From Desulfomonilia bacterium (lineage in GTDB: Bacteria > Desulfobacterota > Desulfomonilia > UBA1062), in contig CAXXDQ010000002.1 of the NCBI GenBank assembly GCA_963664325.2, forward strand, positions 32,001 through 96,000: a DNA stretch of 64,000 nt, read 5' to 3'. This document shows, piece by piece, positions 19,114-29,017 of this stretch (the stretch's first letter is position 1; each line of letters begins with the position of its first letter). The notes under the pieces were generated by a model. It searched no databases and was not told the DNA's origin. It saw only the letters and a list, made by a program, of their open reading frames with translations. The translations under genes were made by a program, and so were the position numbers.

Positions 19114-20520
19114 TCACTTTTTCTTTTTGATAAGCCCCAGTTCATCCGCCTTAATATAAAATGTCTTATAGTTCATGCCCGATTCTCGGGCGGCCTCTGC
19201 TATCACGCCTTTGTTTTTTTCAAGGAGTTCGTAGATGAATCTGTACTCAAAATTATCGAGCAGCTTCTTTTTCTGTTCATGATAATTACCTGTCGGTTTC
19301 TGTTCGGACAGAAAGTCTTGCTCAGGTCCTGATGCGCTCGGGTTGTCCTGCTGGAGCAAAAAAGGGAATCCTTCAATATAACCGGCCTGCGCTGAGACTA
19401 TTGCCCGCTGTACGACATTTTCAAGTTCGCGGACATTGCCTGGCCAGGGATATTTCATCAGTTCGTCCATGGCTTTCGGGGTAACGCCTTTAAGGGCCGG
19501 ATTGAGTTTTCTGCCGTATTTGCTGATGAAGTGACCGACAAGAATCGGTATGTCCTCTATCCTTTGTCTTAGCGGGGGGATCATTATCGGAAAAACGCTT
19601 ATCCGGTAATAGAGGTCCTCCCTGAAGAGCTTTTCCTTTATCATGTTCTGAATCGGGCGGTTTGTTGCACAGACCAGCCTGAAATCGAGTTCCACCTCCT
19701 TGTTGCTCCCAAGCCTGGTTATGCAGCCATCCTGGACAACCCTTAATATTTTTGCCTGAAGGCCGGTCGGGATGTCGCCGATCTCATCAAGAAAGAGCGT
19801 TCCAGTGTGGGCCTTTTCAAACCGTCCTATCCTTTGCGTAAGGGCACCGGTGAAGGCGCCCTTTTCATGCCCGAAAAATTCGCTCTCCAAAAGGTTTTCC
19901 GGGACGGCGGCACAGTTTATTGTCACAAAAGGCCTGCCCCTGCGTGAACTCCTGTGGTGGATGGACCGCGCTACGAGCTCTTTACCGGTCCCAGTTTCTC
20001 CCAGTATCAGAACGGTAAGATCTGTGTCTGCGGCCATGATTATCTGGTCATAGACCTTCTGCATGGAAGAATGGGCCCCGATGATCTGGTCCAGCCCTTG
20101 TCCGTGCTGCTGTAACTGGCCTTTCAGTTCGATATTTTCCTTTAGAATTTCCTGCTGCCTTATAATCTTTGTAAGGGCTATTTCCAGGGTGTCCATATTA
20201 AACGGCTTTTCCAGGAAATCATACGCTCCGTACCTCATGGCTTCAACGGCCAGAGAGACATTTCCGAATGCAGTAACGACAACCACATATGTTCCCGGGT
20301 GCTTTTCATTGATTGTTTTAAGGAGGGTCATGCCGTTCATCCTCGGCATGCGCATGTCTGTTATCACTATGTCAAATGACTCCCGGGACATTTTATCAAG
20401 TGCTTCGATCCCGTCGCCTGCAGTGTTTATCTCAAAGGTCGGATGCGAATGCAGCAGGGCTTCTTTGAGTTGTTCAACAAAGACTTCTTCGTCATCAACA
20501 AGCAGGACTTTTTTGGTCAT
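19114..20520 (-). CDS. Sigma54-dependent response regulator (NtrC/AtoC family)
   Basis: Receiver domain (VDDE, TDMRMP, KP), GETGTGKE, GAFTGA, FLDEIG, WPGNVREL, Fis-type HTH. Confidence 0.95.
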   Translation of the reverse strand: MTKKVLLVDDEEVFVEQLKEALLHSHPTFEINTAGDGIEALDKMSRESFDIVITDMRMPRMNGMTLLKTINEKHPGTYVVVVTAFGNVSLAVEAMRYGAYDFLEKPFNMDTLEIALTKIIRQQEILKENIELKGQLQQHGQGLDQIIGAHSSMQKVYDQIIMAADTDLTVLILGETGTGKELVARSIHHRSSRRGRPFVTINCAAVPENLLESEFFGHEKGAFTGALTQRIGRFEKAHTGTLFLDEIGDIPTGLQAKILRVVQDGCITRLGSNKEVELDFRLVCATNRPIQNMIKEKLFREDLYYRISVFPIMIPPLRQRIEDIPILVGHFISKYGRKLNPALKGVTPKAMDELMKYPWPGNVRELENVVQRAIVSAQAGYIEGFPFLLQQDNPSASGPEQDFLSEQKPTGNYHEQKKKLLDNFEYRFIYELLEKNKGVIAEAARESGMNYKTFYIKADELGLIKKKK

Positions 20521-22052
20521 ATTGAAGGCTCCGTATATTTTGAATTTCTTACAATTTTCATCGGGTCCAGCGGCAGCCTGATAACAAATTCGGCGCCTTT
20601 ACCAGGTGGATTTTGGGCAAAAACATAGCCGCCATGCGCTTCAACAACCTTTTGGACCAGCGAAAGCCCAAGGCCCGTGCCGGTCTTCTTGGTGGTGAAA
20701 AACGGCTGAAATACTTTTTTAAACTCGTCTTCTGGTATACCTGGGCCCGTATCGCTGATGCTTATTTCCAAAGCATCCGACTTTATCAAAAGGCCCCCGG
20801 TCTCGAAGTCATGGGACTTCAACAGGCGCGTTTTAAAAGAAAGAACGCCTCCAGCCTGCATCGCATCCATTGCATTATCCAATATGTCTTCTATGGCCTG
20901 CCTGAGCTGTATGCCGTCTGCCACGACAGAATCGGCCCTTGTGTCATAATCAGTTTCAACCATGATATTTCTTTCATTGAGTTCAGCCTCATGGTTGAAT
21001 ATAAGCCCGTCAATTATATTTCCCACATGGTAGACTCTGAGTTTGAGCCTTCCCGATCTGCTCCAGTCCAGGACTTCCGTCACAAACCGTTCCAGATTTT
21101 CAATTCCCTGGTTGACTCCTTCGAGGATTCTTTTCTGCTTTTTATCCAGTGAGCTTGACAATGATAGCAGTTCTAGTCCGGTCTTGATTTTCTGCAGGGG
21201 ATTCCTAACCTCATGGGCGACATGGGCGCTCATCTCACCAAGAATGGCCATTTTTCTCGTTTCGGCCAGTTCGCGTTCCATTTGTTTCCTCTGTGTAATA
21301 TCTCGAATGATATTCTGCGTGGCTATGCTTCCCTCATATTCAATAATCGCTGGCGTTATCTCAGAATCATGCCAGCAGCCGTCCTTTCCGACAAAAGATA
21401 TTTCATACTGGGCAGGTACTTTTTCACCCCGTATCCTTCTTACGTAGCGATCTTCTATAAAGTCCGCAAGCTCAGGATGGACAATGTCACGCAGGCCCAT
21501 GTTCAGAAGTTCCTTTTCCGTATAACCCAATATTTCATAGAACTTTGAGTTGGCATACCGGAAACGGTGATCCTGATAGACGAATATTCCGTCATTCGCT
21601 TTTTCGACAAGTATACGATATTTCTCTTCAGACACCCTGAGTTTGTCCTGTACCGCTTTAATGGGTCTCAAATCCCGGAATATATTCATTGTCGCAGCCG
21701 GATTTCCGTGCCGGTAGATATAGGAAACAGAGAGTGAAATAGGGATGAGGGAACCGTCTTTTGCATAAAGCGTGGTTTCCTCCCCGACCAGTTTAAGCGG
21801 ATTTTCAGCTGTCCCTTTGTTTAAAATCGAAAGAATCCTCTCCTGCTCGCCCTGTCCCATGAAACGCCTGAAGGAGACCTTTTTATCGATAATGTCCTCC
21901 GAATTGTAGCCTGTCATTTTCTGGGCAGCCTCATTGAAAATCAGCACGCGGCCTTCTATATCGGTTGCAATGATGGCATCGCTTGAGTTGTCGATCAGGC
22001 TGAAGAGGAAATCTTCTTCCAGCTTAAAGAGCCTTCCTTTTTTACCGGCCAA
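20517..22052 (-). CDS. Cytoplasmic PAS-PAS sensor histidine kinase
   Basis: Two PAS domains, AHEVRNPL, NAMDA, DTGPGI, FQPFFTTK, GTGLGL; no transmembrane segment. Confidence 0.92.
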   Translation of the reverse strand: MAGKKGRLFKLEEDFLFSLIDNSSDAIIATDIEGRVLIFNEAAQKMTGYNSEDIIDKKVSFRRFMGQGEQERILSILNKGTAENPLKLVGEETTLYAKDGSLIPISLSVSYIYRHGNPAATMNIFRDLRPIKAVQDKLRVSEEKYRILVEKANDGIFVYQDHRFRYANSKFYEILGYTEKELLNMGLRDIVHPELADFIEDRYVRRIRGEKVPAQYEISFVGKDGCWHDSEITPAIIEYEGSIATQNIIRDITQRKQMERELAETRKMAILGEMSAHVAHEVRNPLQKIKTGLELLSLSSSLDKKQKRILEGVNQGIENLERFVTEVLDWSRSGRLKLRVYHVGNIIDGLIFNHEAELNERNIMVETDYDTRADSVVADGIQLRQAIEDILDNAMDAMQAGGVLSFKTRLLKSHDFETGGLLIKSDALEISISDTGPGIPEDEFKKVFQPFFTTKKTGTGLGLSLVQKVVEAHGGYVFAQNPPGKGAEFVIRLPLDPMKIVRNSKYTEPSI

Positions 22053-22160
22053 CTATTTGACTCCTTTTTGGTTTTATCTTGAAAACTATACCAGCAAATT
22101 GCATTGAAGACAAATTAGGGATAGTAGTTTAAGTGTTTTTACTGACAGGCGAGGGCTAGA

Positions 22161-22697
22161 ATGGAGTACATTATCAATGGCAATAAACTCGAGCTTATTA
22201 TGGGCGATATAACAGCTCAGGATACAGAGGCTGTAGTGAATGCCGCCAATTCAAGGCTTGCGCCGGGTGGCGGAGTAGCCGGCGCCATACACAGGGCAGC
22301 CGGACCCGGCTTATGGGATGAGTGCTCCGGACTGGGCGGGTGTGCTACGGGTGAAGCAAAACTCAGCGGCGGTCACAAGCTGCCTAATAAATATGTTATA
22401 CATACTGTAGGGCCTGTTTACAGCGGGTCATCAAGTGATCCGGTATTGCTAGGATCCTGCTACAGAAAATCACTTGAAATCGCCGAAAGGAATAACATCA
22501 AGACAATCTCTTTCCCGGCGCTGTCGACAGGTATCTTCGGGTATCCTGTTAAAGACGCCGCGGAAGTGGCGTTTAAAACAATTATTGACTATCTGAAAAG
22601 CACTTCGAAAATAAACGTTGTCAGGATGGTCTTATATGACGAGGCATCATATAGGGTTCATGCGGAGGTTTTGAAAGAAATGACCGGAGGAAAGTGA
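22161..22697 (+). CDS. Macro domain protein (O-acetyl-ADP-ribose deacetylase family)
   Basis: GDIT, VNAAN, GGGVAGAIHRAAG, VIHTVGP, FPALSTGIFGYP. Confidence 0.92.
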   Translation: MEYIINGNKLELIMGDITAQDTEAVVNAANSRLAPGGGVAGAIHRAAGPGLWDECSGLGGCATGEAKLSGGHKLPNKYVIHTVGPVYSGSSSDPVLLGSCYRKSLEIAERNNIKTISFPALSTGIFGYPVKDAAEVAFKTIIDYLKSTSKINVVRMVLYDEASYRVHAEVLKEMTGGK

Positions 22698-23411
22698 ATG
22701 AAGATTGTTGCCGTGATACCTGCCAGGTTCGCATCTACGAGATTTCCCGGAAAACCACTCACCGATGTCTGCGGCAAGACGATGATAGAACGTGTTTATG
22801 AACAGGCTGCCAAGATAGCCGGAATTGAGAAAGTCATTGTTGCAACCGATGATGAAAGGATAATGGCCGCCGTAAAGGGATTTGGCGGCAGTCCGGTCAT
22901 GACAGGCCAGGAATGTGCGTCGGGAACGGACCGGGTGGCGGAGGCGGTAAAAGATATTGACGCTGATGCAGTCATTAATGTCCAGGGCGATCAGGTTATA
23001 CTTGATTCCGGTGCGCTGGCCGGTCTTGTGGAGTGCATGGCCCGGGGTGAACGGATGGCAACTATAGCGGTACCTGCAAGGCCTGTTGATGTGGATGACC
23101 CCAACATCGTAAAGGTGGTCTGTTCAATTAAGGGATACGCCCTTTATTTTTCGCGTTCCACGATTCCTTACCTGAGAAACTGCGGCCATTACAGGATGCT
23201 GAAGCATGTGGGGATCTACGGATATACCAAGGAGACGCTTTTCAGTTTCAGGGATCTGCCCCAGTCGCCGCTTGAGATGAGCGAATCGCTTGAGCAGTTG
23301 AGGGCGCTTGAAAACGGCATACCGATAAAAGTGGTTATGGCTGAAGGAGAATTTCATGAGATCAACACGGAGCAGGACAGGGAAAGGATAATCAGGGCGT
23401 GGCCTCTCTGA
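22698..23411 (+). CDS. kdsB: CMP-Kdo synthetase
   Basis: IPARFASTRFPGKPL, SGTDR, NVQGD, ALYFSR, ESLEQLRALE. Confidence 0.95.
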   Translation: MKIVAVIPARFASTRFPGKPLTDVCGKTMIERVYEQAAKIAGIEKVIVATDDERIMAAVKGFGGSPVMTGQECASGTDRVAEAVKDIDADAVINVQGDQVILDSGALAGLVECMARGERMATIAVPARPVDVDDPNIVKVVCSIKGYALYFSRSTIPYLRNCGHYRMLKHVGIYGYTKETLFSFRDLPQSPLEMSESLEQLRALENGIPIKVVMAEGEFHEINTEQDRERIIRAWPL

Positions 23412-24652
23412 TGCTCCTTGTCTATCGCATCCTGATATGGATTGCGCTGGTGCCGATATGTATTTTTGTCCGGAATCACCCGAACTTTAAGAATACGCTT
23501 GTCTCAAGGCTTGGCATTGATATCCCGACGCGGCCTGACGGAGAACTCGTCTGGCTGCACTGTGCCTCTCTCGGTGAGGTAAAGGCGGCAGAACTGCTGA
23601 TCGGGGCCTTGAAAAAAGCAAGGCCGGACCTGCTGATATATGTTTCGTCAATGACTGCAACGGGCCGCGAGGCAGCCATGAAAACACCGGGGGTAGACCA
23701 GGTTTTCCCGGTTCCATTTGACCTTGCACCTGTAATGTGCCGTTTCATGAAACATCTCAAGCCTTCAGTCGTAGCAATAATGGAAACCGAGATATGGCCA
23801 AACCTTCTGGTTGAAGCACATAATAAAAAAATACCGGTAGTATTTATCAATGCACGGATGTCTGAGAAATCAGTCCAAAATTATAAATTTATCAAACCCC
23901 TGACATCAATGATACTGAACAATGCATCCATTCTTGCCATTTCAGATACCGATGCCGACAGGTTTACTTCAATTGGGGCCAGAGGGGTAAAAGTGATTGG
24001 AAACATTAAATTCGATGCTGTCAAGCAGGCTGACGCCTCGAAAAGGGAAGAATTAAAAGCAAGTATAAATGCAACTGGCAGGCCGGTATTTATCGCCGGA
24101 AGCGTAAGGGAAGGGGAGGAAAAATTTGTAGTTGATGCAATTAAATACGCTTCATCGGAAATCCCTGGTCTTATATCAATCATTGTCCCTCGTCATCCGG
24201 ACAGGGTGGGGCTTATGTGCGATATTGCTGAAACTTCAGGCCTGTCGTTTTCTCTCAGAAGCAGCAGGAATCCTTCTGATATAATTATTGTAGATACAAT
24301 GGGAGAGCTCTTCAGCCTTTATGGTGCATCCGATGCAGCCTTTGTCGGAGGGAGTCTTGTGGACCTGGGTGGACAGAACATCCTTGAACCCATTGCATGG
24401 GGAATCCCCACGATTCACGGGCGATATATGTCAAATTTCATCTGGGCCCTCGATGTAGTCGGGCAATGGACAAATAAAGTCGATAACCCGGAGAAACTTG
24501 GGAAGATAGTAACCGAAGTGCTCCGGAATCCTGAAAAGTATGATGCAATGGCAAAAAGAGCCTTAAATGAACTTGCCGGGATTAAGGGCATTTCAATGAA
24601 TTATGCAGAGCATGTTATTGGATTATTCAACGGAAAGCAACAAGTTGCCTGA
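23399..24652 (+). CDS. waaA: Kdo transferase
   Basis: WLHCASLGE, ETEIWPN, NARMS, GNIKFD, VPRHP, DTMGEL, GGQNILEP. Confidence 0.95.
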   Translation: MASLMLLVYRILIWIALVPICIFVRNHPNFKNTLVSRLGIDIPTRPDGELVWLHCASLGEVKAAELLIGALKKARPDLLIYVSSMTATGREAAMKTPGVDQVFPVPFDLAPVMCRFMKHLKPSVVAIMETEIWPNLLVEAHNKKIPVVFINARMSEKSVQNYKFIKPLTSMILNNASILAISDTDADRFTSIGARGVKVIGNIKFDAVKQADASKREELKASINATGRPVFIAGSVREGEEKFVVDAIKYASSEIPGLISIIVPRHPDRVGLMCDIAETSGLSFSLRSSRNPSDIIIVDTMGELFSLYGASDAAFVGGSLVDLGGQNILEPIAWGIPTIHGRYMSNFIWALDVVGQWTNKVDNPEKLGKIVTEVLRNPEKYDAMAKRALNELAGIKGISMNYAEHVIGLFNGKQQVA

Positions 24653-24825
24653 TGATACAAGACCTGATATCTATGAAGAATATTTTGATTCATGAAGTAT
24701 TTTTTAACGGCAAAGGTAATATACTGAACAGTATTGAGAAGAGAGATAAAAAATGAACATGGATCTTCAAGTCACCATGATGGCGGAGCTTTACATATAT
24801 CAATTATGGAAAAGGCAGAATACTG

Positions 24826-25698
24826 ATGATTAAAAAAGGGATAATACTCGCCGGAGGTTCCGGGACAAGGCTTTATCCGATAACCAAGGCTGTCAGCAAG
24901 CAACTTCTTTCCATTTATGATAAACCCATGATTTATTATCCGTTGAGTGTGCTGATGCTCGCAGGGATAAGGGATATCCTAATAATAAATACGCCTCATG
25001 AGCAGGTTCTTTTCAAAAACCTTCTGGGTGACGGCAGCCAGTGGGGAATAAACCTGTCTTATGCTGTTCAGCCAAGCCCTGACGGGATTGCACAGGCATT
25101 CATTATTGGAAGAGATTTTATAAATGGGGATGGATGCGCCCTTGTACTCGGGGATAACATATTCTTCGGTCACGACCTTGTTGCAGGTCTTAAATCCGCT
25201 GTCAGCCAGAAAGATGGCGCAACGGTGTTTGCTTACAGGGTAAGTGATCCCGAACGTTACGGAGTTGTTGATTTTGACGATGAAGGCAATGCGCTGTCTA
25301 TTGAAGAAAAGCCTGAAAGGCCAAAGTCTTATTATGCAGTGACCGGATTGTATTTTTATGATGAGAAGGTTGTCGACCTTGCAATGGGCATGAAGCCCTC
25401 TGCACGTGGGGAATTGGAGATAACCGACCTTAACAGGATGTATCTTGAAAAAGGCCTGCTGAAAGTAGTAACACTGGGAAGGGGTTTTGCCTGGCTGGAT
25501 ACGGGCACCTATGAGTCCCTGCTCCAGGCCTCCAATTTCATCGAAACAATACAGGAAAGACAGGGCTTGATGGTTGCCTGTCCTGAGGAGATTTCTTTCA
25601 GGCAGGGATGGATCAATTCGGAGCACCTGTTAAGGCTTGCCGAACCTCTTAAAAAAAACAGCTATGGCAAATATCTTATTGCAATGTTAAACAACTGA
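24826..25698 (+). CDS. rfbA: Glucose-1-phosphate thymidylyltransferase
   Basis: [43 protein letters not shown]. Confidence 0.96.
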   Translation: MIKKGIILAGGSGTRLYPITKAVSKQLLSIYDKPMIYYPLSVLMLAGIRDILIINTPHEQVLFKNLLGDGSQWGINLSYAVQPSPDGIAQAFIIGRDFINGDGCALVLGDNIFFGHDLVAGLKSAVSQKDGATVFAYRVSDPERYGVVDFDDEGNALSIEEKPERPKSYYAVTGLYFYDEKVVDLAMGMKPSARGELEITDLNRMYLEKGLLKVVTLGRGFAWLDTGTYESLLQASNFIETIQERQGLMVACPEEISFRQGWINSEHLLRLAEPLKKNSYGKYLIAMLNN

Positions 25699-25787
25699 TT
25701 TGACTTGAATGGAATCTTGGTTTAAAAAAATGGAATATAATAAATTGAAATGAAACTTTATTCAGGGGGGAATGATTAGAAATCGGC

Positions 25788-27712
25788 ATGAGAATATTAT
25801 TCAGAAAAAATTTCTACGTTATTTTCGTACTTGATGTTATCCTGTTGATATCAGGTTATTACTTTGCCACATGGCTCAGGTACGAGGGGCATCTTCCTCC
25901 TGAAGTACAAAAGTTATTCTATCATACCGTATTGTCTCTGGTGATAATGAAGATAGCCAGTTTCTTTATATTCGATCTGTATCACGGCATGTGGAGATTT
26001 ACGGGCATCAAAGATTTGATGAATGTAATAAAGGGCTCCCTGCTCGGTTCTCTTATGTTTATTGCATACATAGCTGCAATTTACAGATTTAACAATTTTT
26101 CCAGGTCTGTAATTTTAATAGAGTTCATATTGAGCATAATTACAATCGGCGGGCTGAGATTATTTGTCAGATTATACTATCAGGACGGTTCTGACTTCAT
26201 GGAAAGCCTCATGTTCTGGCGGAAGATAAACAAGATCCGCAAGAGGATTATTATTCTCGGCGCCGGTGAAGTGGGGGAAAGGCTTTTAAGGGCTTTAAAC
26301 CATAATCCGGAACAGCCTTACAATGTTATAGGTTTTGTCGAAGAAGGCCTGGTCAACAAAGGTATGAAGATCCATGGCGTGCCGATTCTCGGCATTGTTT
26401 CAGACCTGCCGCAGTTAATAGATTATTATTCAATTGATTATATTTTTATTGCGGCCCCGAGCATGCGCTCAGAAAAATTGAAAATGCTGATCGAGGAATG
26501 CACTGGCCTGGGGATAAAGTTTAAGGTAATCCCCTCAGTGACTGACTGGCTTAATGATAATGTCAAAATACCATTACGCGATATAAATGTTGAAGACCTT
26601 TTAAAAAGAGACACGGTAAATACTGATATGGCATCAGTAAGACGAAGCCTGGAAGGGGAAAACGGTCATGGTGACCGGGGCAGGAGGTTCTATAGGTTCA
26701 GAGCTGGCAAGACAGATACTGGAATTTAATCCGGAAAAATTAATCCTGCTCGATAATGCTGAAACGCCGTTGTTTGATATTGATAATGAACTTGCAAAAA
26801 AAACAAAGGGGACAAAGGTTATTGCATGCATCGGAGATATAAGAACAAATAGAGGCCTTGAGAGGATTTTCAGGATGCATAAGCCCAACTATGTCTATCA
26901 TGCTGCGGCTTATAAGCATGTTCCCCTGATGGAAATAACGCCTGATGAAGCTGCAAAAAATAATATTATCGGAACATATAAACTCGCAAGCGTGGCCTGC
27001 TCTCATAATGTGGAAAAATTTGTACTGATCTCTACAGATAAAGCGGTTAAGCCGTCTTCGGTAATGGGGGCGACAAAACGGGTTGCAGAAATGGTGGTTC
27101 AGGCCATGAACGGGAAGGGAACATGTTTTACTGTCGTCAGATTCGGCAATGTCCTCGCCAGTAACGGAAGCGTTTGTCCCGACATTTGAAAAGCAGATAG
27201 AGGAAGGCGGTCCTGTTACCGTGACACACCCTGAAGTCACAAGATACTTTATGACTATTCCGGAGGCGGCGATGCTTGTCCTCCAGTCCGGTGCGATCAG
27301 TAAGGGAGGAGAGCTTTTCCTGCTTGATATGGGAGAGCCGGTTAAAATTGTTGATCTGGCGAAAAACATGATAAGGCTTGCAGGTCTCGTTCCGGACAAG
27401 GATATCGAAATAGTGTATACCGGTTTAAGACCGGGAGAAAAGCTGCATGAAGAGCTGCTGATAGCGGGAGAAGGCGTTGTATCGACTGCATACGATAAAA
27501 TAAAGATATGCACTCATAAAAACGGTTTTGATAAAAAAAGGCTCTTTGATCAAATAGAAATTTTGAGCAGGGTGGTTGAAAACGAAACCGATCCCAATAG
27601 AGCGCTTGATATAATTAAGGATCTTGTTCCGGCATACGCCATACAATCAGATCAGTCGGAGAACAATCACATGGACAATGTAGTGGAGCTTAATGCTGCG
27701 AGAAAAGCTTGA
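25788..27712 (+). pseudogene. PglF/WbpM/CapD-type UDP-GlcNAc 4,6-dehydratase, split by two +1 frameshifts (possibly sequencing errors)
   Basis: N-terminal transmembrane helices, then [52 protein letters not shown] spread over three ORFs. Extra G at 26655-26658 and extra T at 27173-27175. Confidence 0.85.
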
Positions 27713-27932
27713 AGTTTACATGACGCTTGTTCTGATGTCTTGAGATTATAGTGGGCTCGGTGGTTTCCCTGATGAAAGAAATTCAAATACCAGACAACAT
27801 ACTCAATAAGAGAACCCGATTTAAAATAATAAACATTGATTAATACTAATTAGAATGTCAAAAAACTAAAGCAATCCCAAGTATAATTGATTCGGACAAA
27901 AGAAAAATTAATTTAGTGCAGGGGAAAACTGA

Positions 27933-28965
27933 ATGAAGACAGCGTTTATTACGGGTATAACGGGGCAGGATGGTTCGTATCTTGCGGAGTTGTTGCTGGG
28001 GAAAGGGGTATCAGGTACATGGATTGATAAGGAGGGCCAGTACCTTCAATACTGATCGGATAGACCATCTTTTTAAAGATTTGCATGACCCTGAAGCCAG
28101 GCTTTTCCTTCATTATGGAGATCTTTCAGTATCAGGGCAGTTAACCGATATGCTGCATAGTATAAGGCCTGATGAAATATATAATCTTGGGGCCCAGAGT
28201 CATGTCAGGGTCAGCTTTGACATGCCCGAATATACCGGGGATATAACCGGCCTTGGAACCTTGAGGATTCTTGAGGCCATCAGGAAGACCGGCATCAAGA
28301 CTAAATTTTACCAGGCTTCGTCATCGGAAATGTTTGGAGCTGCATTGCCTCCGCAGAATGAAAAGACGTTGTTTCAGCCGAGAAGCCCCTATGCCGCAGC
28401 AAAGGTTTATTCGTACTATATCAGTATAAACTATCGTGAGGCTTATAATATGTTTGCCTGTAACGGCATTCTTTTCAATCATGAATCTCCAAGGCGGGGG
28501 GAGACGTTTGTGACGCGCAAAGTCACACGTGCGGCCACCAGAATAAAGATGGGCCTTCAGGACAAGCTCTATCTTGGAAACCTTGATGCAAAGCGCGACT
28601 GGGGATATGCCGGGGATTTTGTTGAGGCTATGTGGCTCATGCTCCAGCATGAAAGGCCTGATGATTATGTGGTTGCCACAGGTGAAACGCATTCGGTAAA
28701 GGAGTTCGTGCAGAGAACCTTTGAGAAGCTGGACCTGGATTATGAAAGGCACGTTGTTATTGATCCGAGGTATTTCAGGCCTTCGGAGGTTGATGTATTG
28801 CTTGGTGATGCGTCCAAAGCAAGGAAGATCCTTAACTGGCGGCCCAAGGTAACTTTCGATAAGCTGATTGATATGATGGTTGAGTTTGACATGGAGGCTG
28901 CGAAGAGGGAGAAGACACTTACCGATGCCGGGTTTGCCTGCAGGAATGAAGGCAGATTGATATAG
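27933..28965 (+). pseudogene. gmd: GDP-mannose 4,6-dehydratase with one +1 frameshift (possibly a sequencing error)
   Basis: The ATG at 27933 gives [22 protein letters not shown]. The frame shifts in the G4 runs at 27998-28008 and continues YQVHG...AQSHV...[16 protein letters not shown]. Confidence 0.9.
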
Positions 28966-29017
28966 GAAGCATCGTTCGTGTAGATTCAATCATATGTTGA
29001 ATCATTGAGTAGATAAA

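Noticed and set aside
27768-27790. CTGATGA..GAAA resembling a hammerhead ribozyme core
   Set aside because: No stem II and no complementary stems I and III.
27970-28010. ORF-track N-terminus [10 protein letters not shown] for gmd
   Set aside because: Artefact of the +1 frameshift; the true start is the ATG at 27933.
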